From: Macrostomum hystrix
Lineage: Eukaryota; Animalia; Platyhelminthes
NCBI GenBank assembly: GCA_950097015.1
Contig: CATNEN010000007.1
Span: forward strand, 3,100,001-3,164,000
DNA length: 64,000 bases
Reading direction: 5' to 3'
The position numbers and the translations under genes are program-made. Numbering within the stretch: position 1 is the first letter of the stretch; every line of letters begins with the position of its first letter. Of the stretch, positions 45,593 through 56,515 are shown in pieces. The notes beneath the pieces were generated by a model, which had not been told where the DNA came from, made no database searches, and saw nothing but the letters and a program-made list of their open reading frames with translations.

Positions 45593-46159
45593 AATCATTG
45601 TAATCCCAATGGGATGTCTATTAAACTGGTGACAGGGCCTCGAAAAAACTCAGTTTTTCTTCAACGAAAATATCTAAAATGTCCCAACTTAACTACTAAG
45701 TGAGTAGGCGCCATCACTTCTCGTTGGAATAGGTAACAAAGTACTAAAGTGTGATAGGACTTATCTAAGTTGTAATTCTCAAGGGCCCGCTAATTTTTCG
45801 GTCAAGAGCGAATCCCACCTGCCTCTAATTATCATGCTAAATCCCTAAACAATTGTGAAATTCCGCATTGCGGTGACCCATCTAATCATCTTCGTGACAA
45901 TAAGAATGGGAACGTTAATGAAGTACGAATTAGGTCCGCCCCCATTGAAGTGACTAGTGATTCGATCCTTTAATTAGAAATCAGTTACTCATTCTACGTA
46001 TTCATCGGAGAATCTTGGGATTATGAAAATTGCACATTATCAACATACCTGGATTCTTGTTTGCTAGTTGTTTGAAGCGAAAAGCACTAGGTGCACTTTC
46101 GATAGGGAAATTCGATACAGCGAAGGTGGAAATCTCAAGTGAGCGTGAAATTCCAAACA

Positions 46160-46996
46160 CTTAAATCCAAAACTCTGAAATCCCAAACTGTGAAATCCCA
46201 AACTCTGAAATCCCAAACGGGGAAATCCCAAACTGTGAAATCCCAAACTGTGAAATCCCAAACGGTGAAATCCCAAACTATGAAATCCTTAACTGTGAAA
46301 TCCCAAACTGTGAAATCCCTAACTGTGGAATCCCTAACTGTGAAATTCCAAACTATGAAATCCCAAACTGTGAAATCCCAAACTGTGAAATCCCAAACTG
46401 TGAAATCCCAAACTGTGAAATCCCAAACTCTGAAATCCCAAACGGGGAAATCCAAAACTCTGAAATCCCAAACTGTGAAATCCCAAACTGTGATATCCAA
46501 AACTGTGAAATCCCAAACTGTGAAATCCCAAACTCTGAAATCCCAAACTGTGAAATGCCAAACCGTGAAATCCCAAACTATGAAAATCTAAACTGTGAAA
46601 TCCCAAACTGTGAAATCCCAAACTGTGAAATCCCAAACTGTGAAATCCCAAACTGTGAAATCCCAAACTGTGAAATCCCTAACTGTGAAATCCCAAACTG
46701 TGAAATCCCAAACTGTGAAATCCCAAACTGTGAAATCCCAAACTGTGAAATCTCAAACTATGAAATCCTAAACTGTGAAATCCCAAACTCTGAAATCCCA
46801 AACTCTGAAATCCCAAACGGGGAAATCCCAAACTCTGAAATCCCAAACGGGGAAATCCAAAACTCTGAAATCCCAAACTGTGAAATCCCAAACTGTGAAA
46901 TCCCAAACTGTGAAATTCCAAACTGTGAAATCCCAAACTGTGAAATCCCAAACTGTGAAATCCCAAACGGGGAAATCCCAAACTCTGAAATCCCAT
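46160..46996. repeat. 15-bp minisatellite (GAAATCCCAAACTGT)
   Basis: Direct reading. Confidence 0.96.
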
Positions 46997-47919
46997 GATC
47001 CATGAACATTCAACTGAATCGAACTCGAGTTTTTATACCTCAAACTCTATCTGTTGATGTTGCAGTTCTGAGCAAACCGAGCTGAAACTATCGACCATGC
47101 AGCTAAGTGCTGCAAACTTTCGCTAGTAAATCTATTTCGTGTTCAAACTCGGCAGCAAACACACTGCCTATGCTGTGCAGGGCGGGCCCACAGACAGGCT
47201 CTGCGGTGCATAAATATTTAATAGCCCAAACTCAGTTAGGGCCAAGCAGATATCTCTAGGCATGAAGCCAACAGGAACTGTTTGGGGTCAGCCCCTTTCA
47301 GCCCCAGCCACCAGCCTCTCGCTGCAGCTGCGTATGTGAAATCTTTGCCAGCTTTATTATAAAAGGCATCAAACACCGGCCTGTGTGCAACTTGCCTATC
47401 TGTAGCTCGTACTCTCAGATTCTGATTTTTAGCTTTTCAGCTTGTCAGATTCAGTGCCAGGCATGGGATCTGAGATTGCTGACAAATCAACTCGCATAGG
47501 TAAGCTTTGCTTGTCTGGCTTACTCTGCCGTTAGTTGTGTTTTTTTGGTTGCTATGGAAACTCGCAGACAGATGCTGTATAGCAAAAACTCATGAGTACT
47601 CACTTCCGCCATCTTGCCCGCCTGCCATTCTCTACTCCTCATCACTTTTGACTGGACGACAGGGGGCTGTACAAAGTCTGCTGCCTGATTCTGCTGCCTT
47701 CTAAAAGCCTAGACAATGAGCCAATAGCACAGTTCCTCCCAGCTATTGCCGCACCTTCCTTGCCTCTCTGGCTTTGACAATGCTTCTTCAAACTAGTCTG
47801 ACACAAATTTACTTCCCCTGGGCCGCAGTTTTCAAGACAAAGTACAACTGCTGACTCAGCGGCTGCAACTGAAGGGCGTCTGAAATGTAAGTTTGGACTG
47901 CTGCTCGCTCAGCTGCTCA

Positions 47920-49133
47920 CAATCCTACACACCTCAGCCTCACAATCCAACTCACCTCAGCCTCACAATCCTACACACCTCAGCCTCACAATCCTACACA
48001 CCTCAGCCTCACAATCCAACTCACCTCAGCCTCACAATCCTATACACCTCAGCCTCACAATCCAACTCACCTCAGCCTCACAATCCTACACACCTCAGCC
48101 TCACAATCCTACACACCTCAGCCTCACAATCCAACTCACCTCAGCCTCACAATCCAACTCACCTCAGCCTCACAATCCTACACACCTCAGCCTCACAATC
48201 CTACACACCTCAGCCTCACAATCCAACACACCTCAGCCTCACAATCCAACACACCTCAGCCTCACAATCCAACTCACCTCAGCCTCACAATCCTACACAC
48301 CTCAGCCTCACAATCCTACACACCTCAGCCTCACAATCCTACACACCTCAGCCTCACAATCCTACACACTTCAGCCTCACAATCCTATACACCTCAGCCT
48401 CACAATCCTACACACCTCAGCCTCACAATCCAGCACACCTCAGCCTCACAATCCTACACACCTCAGCCTCACAATCCTACACACTTCAGCCTCACAATCC
48501 AGCACACCTCAGCCTCACAATCCAACTCACCTCAGCCTCACAATCCAACACACCTCAGCCTCACAATCCAGCACACCTCAGCCTCACAATCCTACACACC
48601 TCAGCCTCACAATCCTACACACCTCAGCCTCACAATCCTACACACCTCAGCCTCACAATCCAACTCACCTCAGCCTCACAATCCTACACACCTCAGCCTC
48701 ACAATCCAACACACCTCAGCCTCACAATCCAACTCACCTCAGCCTCACAATCCTACACACCTCAGCCTCACAATCCAGCACACCTCAGCCTCACAATCCT
48801 ACACACCTCAGCCTCACAATCCTACACACTTCAGCCTCACAATCCTATACACCTCAGCCTCACAATCCTACACACCTCAGCCTCACAATCCAGCACACCT
48901 CAGCCTCACAATCCAACACACCTCAGCCTCACAATCCAACTCACCTCAGCCTCACAATTCAACACTCCTCAGCCTCACAATCCAACTCACCTCAGCCTCA
49001 CAATCCAACTCACCTCAGCCTCACAATCCAACACACCTCAGCCTCACAATCCAACTCACCTCAGCCTCACAATTCAACACTCCTCAGCCTCACAATCCAA
49101 CTCACCTCAGCCTCACAATCCAACTCACCTCAG
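47920..49133. repeat. 23-bp C/A-rich minisatellite (CACACCTCAGCCTCACAATCC[TA/AA]), ~52 copies
   Basis: Direct reading; ends 8 nt before the glycosyltransferase ATG. Confidence 0.96.
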
Positions 49134-49141
49134 AGCAGACA

Positions 49142-52100
49142 ATGCGCTGCCTTCCGCTTCGGCTGGCGAAGCGCTGCTTCGCTCACCTGCTGGTTGCGGT
49201 TGCGGTGTCGCTCTGTCTGCTGTACATTGCCAGCCTTCCCGGGGCCCCAGCCGCACAGCAGCAGCGCCGGCAGTTCAGTTCGTTTAGGCGCGGCGCCCCG
49301 AAGCAACGCCAGTCGCCAGCGACAAAAACGCCGCCCCGACCTCCTGTGGTGGCCATTCTGCACCAGTCGTGGCGGGACTCAAATCTGCCTCCGCTGTTCT
49401 CAAACTGGTCGGCCAGCTTCAGCGCCTGCCTACCAAACTTTCGTCGAGTCCAATGGACGGACGCCACCAATCGGGAGCTGGTGCAGCGGTATTATCCCTG
49501 GTTCCTGGCGCGCTACGACTCCCTGGCGCCTGGGGTGCAGCGCGCCGATGTTGCGCGCCTGTTCTACATGCACAAATTCGGCGGCGTGTACTGCGACCTG
49601 GACTGCGACTGTCTGCGCGACTTCCAGCACCTGCTGGCCAACACCAGCCTGGCTCTGGGCGCCATGGAAGGCTCCCTGATTCGCCAGCGAGAAGATCCCG
49701 CCTTTGTGGCTGAGGGCCAGGTGGAAAACTCCTTAATGTACAGCAGGCCGGGACACCCGTTCTTCTGGGACCTCATCGTCCGGCTTAACGCCACGAAGGG
49801 CGAGCTGCCTATCATGACTACAGGTGAGCTGCGGCTGACTGACTGACTGACTGACTGACTGACTGACTGACTCATTCACTCACTCACTCAAAGTGCTCAA
49901 AGATTGAGATCTCAAAGTACTTAGACATTGCATCTAAACAACTGCGAACATAAAAGTGCACACGCAGGTGGCACTTGTGTCTCGAGCTGCTTAGATTGAA
50001 AACTGAGACTGGAAAACGTCAGGGATGAGACGGGGCGGATGCCCTGCCCTGTGTTTGATGTTCCCATTAGAGGGACTTGTTTAGTCACGCAATTTGTTAA
50101 TAGCAATAGGTGTTGATAATCTGTTTGCTTTGATGCTCCCGGTACAGCAGGAAATCCCATTGAGAGCAATCCCACGATTACGTGAGCTTGAGCTTTGTCT
50201 TTGAGTTCGATAAGCATTTGCATTCGTGCTATTTATTATGCCGTCATCAAAGTCTCCGGGTTTGACTTTTCGAAGCTCAGAAAATGTCTAAATAATTGAG
50301 AAAGACAAAACCACAACAATTTTTTTTTATTAAAAAAACATTCCATAAAATGAAATTTTTCGAATTAAATTCCAGAAAACTCAATTGTTCTTTAACTCGG
50401 CTTATTCCAAAATTCCTAGAAAAAACCCTGCTTTTCGTGAAAAAGCGCCAATTTCTGGAAGTTGCATTTCCTGTAAAATTCAAATACTTCGTAAATTTCG
50501 ATATGCACTCAGCAACAGTCAAAAGTTGCACCCCTATCGCGCCTAGTCAGAGATAACTTCTCGCTCACAATTCAACCCGCGAGTTACGCAACTACGCCGC
50601 GAGGAGGGAGGGGTGATTGAATCAATAAAAATCACAAGTTTATTTTTTATGCAATATGCAGTTAGAATCGCAATGCTTAATACCGCGTGTGGGATTCCCT
50701 CGCACGCAGAAGAGCGGCAACTGCGGGGCATCCCCAAGATGAGGCGGCGCAGAAAGTCCTGGGGAAGTTGCTGCCAAGCGTTTGCAATGGCGTGACGCAG
50801 CTCCGCAACATTCTGTGGTGCACTCTCTTTTCGAATGCTGCGCTTTAGAAAGTCCCAGACATGCTCGATTGGATTCATGTCTGGGGACCGGGAAGGCCAG
50901 CGCAGAGTGCAGATCTGTAGCTGCTCTTTCACTTGACCAACAGCATCGGCTCGGTGTGGCGGCGCGTTATCATCCTGGAGAATGCAGGTGCCAACTCCTC
51001 CGAAAGCAGCGTCGGCAAACGGTAGGAATCGAGTCTGCAGAAGATCTGCGTAGCTATTAGCGCTCACGTTGGCATCCAGGAAGACGATGTCCGTCCATGA
51101 ATGTGGCGAGATGCCGGCCCAAACGTGCACTGAGGAAGCCTGGCTCTCTGCCACTGTACATGCTGCTGCTGCATCTCCTGCCGCGGTTCTCGCCAAACGC
51201 GGGTGCGACCATCTGCTTGGAAAAGTCGAAACCGGCTCTCGTCAGCTGCCTCCAGTGGACGCGCTGCATCGCCCACTGCTCTCGGCTGGCGATGTGGGCA
51301 GGACTGAGTCGAGGCCGCTTGCGCATCTTGCGAGAGCGGAGGCCGGCCTCCCGAATTCGACGTCGAATTGTCTGGGCGCTCAGGATGTTTCCTGCTCTGC
51401 TTCTCTCACCCCACATCAGACGGAGCAGGGTGGCTGGCAGGGTGGCTGGCAGGGTGGCTGGCAGGGTGGCTGGCAGGGTGGCTGGCAGGGTGGCTGGCAG
51501 GGTGGCTGGCAGGGTGGCTGGCAGGGTGGGAGTTCGCCTGACTATTCGCAGCTGACGGCGATTTGCTCTGGCTGTTGAGCCACGGAGATCAAGGCGCTGA
51601 CTGACTTTCGCAGTGTGCTCCACGCTGCCAGTCTCACGGGACTTTGTCAGCAGTTTTCGAATTGCCGCTCGCGATCTTCCAAATCTGCGAGCAACTTCGC
51701 TGATGGACACACCGACTTCGAGCATTCCAACAGCACGCCATCGTTTAGCATTAGTCATTTGCCGGACCATTTTTTAAATCGTGTGTGTGTGGATTAGACA
51801 GAAAATGTTGACTCAAAGTTCGCAGTTTTGTACCATTACACCAGGGGTAGGCAAACTTATTTGCGAGCGGGCCAAAGAGAGAACCTAAAAGACGACAGCG
51901 GGCCGCATTGACTGTAGAAATATGAGACACGGGAGAGATGAGACACGGGAGAGATGAGACACAGGAAAGATGAGACACGAGAGAGATGAGACACGGGAGA
52001 GATTAGACATGGGAGAGATTAGACACGGGAGAAATTAGATACGAGAGCGATAAGACAGAGGAGAGATTAGACACGAGAGAGATTAAACAGGACACTGTAG

Positions 52101-52747
52101 ATGTCAGAAGGGGCGACGGGCCGGATTTGGGAGCTTCGAGGGCCGCATCTGGCCCGCGGGCCGGAGTTTGCCGACCCCTGCATTACACAGACCCAAGGCC
52201 CCCAAGTGACAATAAGCTTCGCTGCGTGCCGCAAGTTGCGTCACTCACAATAAGTGAGAAAAATTCCATCTCGCTTGGAGGGAGGAACTTTTGACTGTTG
52301 CTGAGTATAATTCCAGGAAACTTTAAGCAATATAGAAAAGGTAAAAAAAGGAAATGTGCTCGTACTGCAATTTTTATTATAAATCCGTTAAACTTAGATT
52401 TAATTCAGGAAACGCGTGAAGAATGTTGATCCAAACTGATATCCTCAGGCACGTATCTGCTCATGTCGGGCATCAAGTCGGCCAGGCAGGCCGGTTTGGA
52501 CCGGTCAAAATTCGACGGCCTGCCCTTCCTGACGGTGTACCCGCCACAGATGTTCAATCCGTACAGTTGGATTGTGCCAGTAGGGAATCGAGCCCCCGAC
52601 TGCCGACTGTTTGGCGAGTTCGCGCCGGGAGGAGTGCGGCGCTGCCGGGACAGGTTTTTGAACAGCAGCTACGTACTGCAGTACCACACCCAAGTCTGGG
52701 ACAAGGGCCGCAGGACTGTGCTGCAAGCTACTGCGACGCCATTGTGA
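49142..52747 (+). CDS. DXD-motif glycosyltransferase (GT32 / OCH1-SUR1-like), type II membrane protein, 2 exons, ~326 aa
   Basis: Exons 49142-49823 and 52449-52747 (IMTTG|TYLL), total 981 nt. N-terminal TM segment, then ILHQSW, WTD, QRADVARLFYMHKFGGVYCDLD, and HPFFW. Confidence 0.9.
49833..49888. repeat. (CTGA)n/(CTCA)n microsatellite at the intron start
   Basis: Direct reading. Confidence 0.85.
50543..51770 (-). pseudogene. Tc1 transposase, frameshifted
   Basis: HTH region (SISEVARRFGRSRAAI), then DESRF, VHVWAGIS, ILQDDNAPPH and WPSRSPDMNPIEHVW (34 residues D to E), spread over three frames. Confidence 0.9.
51842..52180. mobile_element. hAT-family MITE nested in the Tc1 element
   Basis: TIRs CAGGGGTAGGCAAAC and GTTTGCCGACCCCTG (1 mismatch); perfect 8-bp TSD CATTACAC at 51834-51841 and 52181-52188; internal 17-bp GAGACACGGGAGAGAT(G/T) repeats. 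Confidence 0.92.
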
Positions 52748-52782
52748 AATTCCAGCGGCTGCATCCTTGAATTTTCATGAAA

Positions 52783-53175
52783 TTTGTTGGTTGCTAACTG
52801 GTAAAGTTTAAGAATTTGTTGGCTGCTAACTGGTAAAGTTTAAGAATTTGTTGGTTGCTAACTGGTAAAGTTTAAGAATTTGTTGGCTGCTAACTGGTAA
52901 AGTTTAAGAATTTGTTGGTTGCTAACTGGTAAAGTTTAAGAATTTGTTGGTTGCTAACTGGTAAAGTTTAAGAATTTGTTGGTTGCTAACTGGTAAAGTT
53001 TAAGAATTTGTTGGCTGCTAACTGGTAAAGTTTAAGAATTTGTTGGTTGCTAACTGGTAAAGTTTAAGAATTTGTTGGTTGCTAACTGGTAAAGTTTAAG
53101 AATTTGTTGGTTGCTAACTGGTAAAGTTTAAGAATTTGTTGGTTGCTAACTGGTAAAGTTTAAGAATTTGTTGGT
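52783..53175. repeat. 32-bp minisatellite (TTTGTTGGTTGCTAACTGGTAAAGTTTAAGAA), ~12 copies
   Basis: Direct reading. Confidence 0.95.
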
Positions 53176-54652
53176 TGCAATCTGGCACAGTCTATTGGAA
53201 TGTGTTGGCTTCAATCTGGGACAGTCTATTGGAATGTGTTGGCTGCAATCTGGCACAGTCTATTGGAATGTGTTGGCTGCAATCTGGCACAGTCTATTGG
53301 AATGTGTTGGGTGCAATCTGGCACAGTCTATTGGAATGTGTTGGCTGCAATCTGGGACAGTCTATTGGAATGTGTTGGGTGCAATCTGGCACAGTCTATT
53401 GGAATGTGTTGGCTGCAATCTGGGACAGTCTATTGGAATGTTTTGGCTGCAATCTGGCACAGTCTATTGGAATGTGTTGGCTGCAATCTGGCACAGTCTA
53501 TTGGAATGTGTTGGGTGCAATCTGGCACAGTCTATTGGAATGTGTTGGCTGCAATCTGGGACAGTCTATTGGAATGTGTTGGCTTCAATCTGGCACAGTC
53601 TATTGGAATGTGTTGGCTTCAATCTGGCACAGTCTATTGGAATGTGTTGGCTTCAATCTGGCACAGTCTATTGGAATGTGTTGGCTTCAATCTGGCACAG
53701 TCTATTGGAATGTGTTGGGTGCAATCTGGCACAGTCTATTGGAATGTGTTGGCTGCAATCTGGGACAGTCTATTGGAATGTGTTGGGTGCAATCTGGCAC
53801 AGTCTATTGGAATGTGTTGGCTGCAATCTGGGACAGTCTATTGGAATGTGTTGGGTGCAATCTGGCACAGTCTATTGGAATGTGTTGGCTGCAATCTGGC
53901 ACAGTCTATTGGAATGTGTTGGGTGCAATCTGGCACAGTCTATTGGAATGTGTTGGCTGCAATCTGGCACAGTCTATTGGAATGTGTTGGCTGCAATCTG
54001 GCACAGTCTATTGGAATGTGTTGGCTGCAATCTGGCACAGTCTATTGGAATGTGTTGGCTGCAATCTGGGACAGTCTATTGGAATGTGTTGGGTGCAATC
54101 TGGCACAGTCTATTGGAATGTGTTGGGTGCAATCTGGCACAGTCTATTGGAATGTGTTGGGTGCAATCTGGCACAGTCTATTGGAATGTGTTGGCTGCAA
54201 TCTGGCACAGTCTATTGGAATGTGTTGGCTGCAATCTGGCACAGTCTATTGGAATGTGTTGGCTGCAATCTGGGACAGTCTATTGGAATGTGTTGGGTGC
54301 AATCTGCCACAGTCTATTGGAATGTGTTGGCTGCAATCTGGCACAGTCTATTGGAATGTGTTGGGTGCAATCTGGGACAGTCTATTGGAATGTGTTGGGT
54401 GCAATCTGGCACAGTCTATTGGAATGTGTTGGGTGCAATCTGGCACAGTCTATTGGAATGTGTTGGGTGCAATCTGGCACAGTCTATTGGAATGTGTTGG
54501 GTGCAATCTGGCACAGTCTATTGGAATGTGTTGGCTGCAATCTGGCACAGTCTATTGGAATGTGTTGGGTGCAATCTGGCACAGTCTATTGGAATGTGTT
54601 GGCTGCAATCTGGCACAGTCTATTGGAATGTGTTGGCTGCAATCTGGCACAG
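53176..54652. repeat. 34-bp minisatellite (GCAATCTGGCACAGTCTATTGGAATGTGTTGGCT), ~43 copies
   Basis: Direct reading. Confidence 0.96.
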
Positions 54653-55044
54653 AAATCTTAATCGCTGTTCCACTGCGGACTTTCAGGACAGCTGAAAGAC
54701 TAAATATTTCAGACATACTTCGAATGAGTTTAATGCTCTCTGGAGAAACCGTTTTTCGCCCAACTGGCCAAATTTCGTTCTCTTGATTGCTTGTGAATTT
54801 TTCTTACGAATCGATCACTGTTTTACCGAAGCGAGTGTATTGCAAAAGCGCGCTGTTATTCTACGAGCTAGTTTGGTTTCTTACACTGGAATAACTTGCA
54901 TACCAAATAATAATCTGTATTGCGGTTACTTCATATTGTCATATCTTCAGTGTGGACACACTTTTTAATGACACATGTTTTACTAGGCTTTCTCTTTGGA
55001 TTGAAATATTATGACATGATTCGCTGCAACTTGGAGTTAGGAGA

Positions 55045-55255
55045 GAGACGGGACAGAGGGACAGAGGGACAGAGGACAGAGGACAGAGGGACAGAGGACA
55101 GAGGGACAGAGGACAGAGGGACAGAGGACAGAGGACAGAGGGACAGAGGGACAGAGGACAAAGGACAGAGGGACAGAGGGACAGAGGGACAGAGGACAGA
55201 GGGACAGAGGACAGAGGGACAGAGGGACAGAGGGACAGAGGACAGAGGGACAGAG
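55045..55255. repeat. (GGACAGA/GGGACAGA)n microsatellite
   Basis: Direct reading. Confidence 0.9.
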
Positions 55256-55892
55256 GTGACAGATGGGTGACAGTGATTGGAATTAGGATAGAGAAGACAG
55301 ATAGAGTAGAAAGGGAAGTTATGGGGTGAGGGTGTGAGGGTGGAGGGGTAGAGAGGGAAGAGGGAAAGCACAGAGGGGGGAGGAGACAGATGGGTGAGAG
55401 GCATGTTGAAAGGGTAACGATGTCTAAGATGTCTAAGAGATATTTTATTCGGGATTCTGGAATTATTCAGGATAAATGAGCGACGCCAGCAAGAGATCAA
55501 TGATCTCTGAATTAGCATTCAATGAGTGCCAAGTTACCGCATGTAGTTCGCAGATGAGGCAATAATTTATTGTTGACAACTGGAGGCGTCAATACTTTGT
55601 TTAAGCAGGTGAGAATTACTGTGCGAAATAAGCCATTTATGTTAGAAGGTAATTGTAACGAAGGAGAAAACCTCTAAGAGTGTAAAACCTCTAAAATATT
55701 GAGTTGGTGCTCCATTGTGTGACATCTTAAAGGGAGCGGAGGGGTGAGACCGTAAGCCAAGTCGCCATACAGAATAATGTTGAACAATTTACTAATTTAC
55801 TAAAAATTTAAAAGGCTTGGTGCGTCGATTTTTTGCTTTTCATAATTCTAAAATTTTCTGGCACAAAAAAAACTAAGCAATAGTATACTAAA

Positions 55893-56412
55893 ACTCTCAT
55901 CCTCACATCCTCAATCTCAGATTCTCATCCTCACATCCTCATTCTCAGATTCTCATCCTCACATCCTCATTATCAGATTCTCATCCTCCCATCCGCATTC
56001 TCAGATTCTCATCCTCACATCCTCAATCTCAGATTCTCATCCTCCCATCCGCATTCTCAGATTCTCATCCTCATATCCTCATTCTCAGATTCTCATCCTC
56101 ACATCCTCATTATCAGATTCTCATCCTCCCATCCGCATTCTCAGATTCTCATCCTCCTATCCGCATTCTCAGATTCTCATCCTCCCATCCGCATTCTCAG
56201 ATTCTCATCATCATATCCTCATTCTCAGATTCTCATCCTCACATCCTCATTATCAGATTCTCATCCTCCCATCCGCATTCTCAGATTCTCATCATCATAT
56301 CCTCATTCTCAGATTCTCATCCTCACATCCTCATTATCAGATTCCCATCCTCACATCCTCATTCTCAGATTCCCATCCTCACATCCTTATTCTTACAATC
56401 CTCATCCTCACA
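55893..56412. repeat. 28-bp minisatellite (CTCATCCTCACATCCTCATTCTCAGATT)
   Basis: Direct reading. Confidence 0.93.
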
Positions 56413-56515
56413 TTCTCTCCCTAAGCAGTTAGCATTAGTTTAATTTCCATTCAGATCTGGCAAACTCTCTGGCCAGTTGCAGCCTGCGGTCTCCGCTGCT
56501 GCCGAGGCCATCGTG

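Larger units (their letters stand above)
50506..52307 (-). mobile_element. Tc1 (DD34E) DNA transposon, defective
   Basis: 21-bp TIRs ACTCAGCAACAGTCAAAAGTT (50507-50527) and AACTTTTGACTGTTGCTGAGT (52286-52306). TA follows the right end; the left flank reads TG. Confidence 0.9.

Noticed and set aside
46160-46996. NF-kB sites (GGGAAATCCC) in variant units
   Set aside because: Only a few variants form the site, as expected from point changes in a GAAATCCC repeat; no supporting context.
47893-49287. 464-aa H/P/S/T-rich ORF
   Set aside because: It is a translation of the 23-bp array, which lacks stops, with a non-ATG start; it overlaps the real glycosyltransferase in another frame.
53168-54786. 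Three ~500-aa ORFs in all plus-strand frames
   Set aside because: The 34-bp unit contains no TAA, TAG or TGA, so all frames are open automatically.
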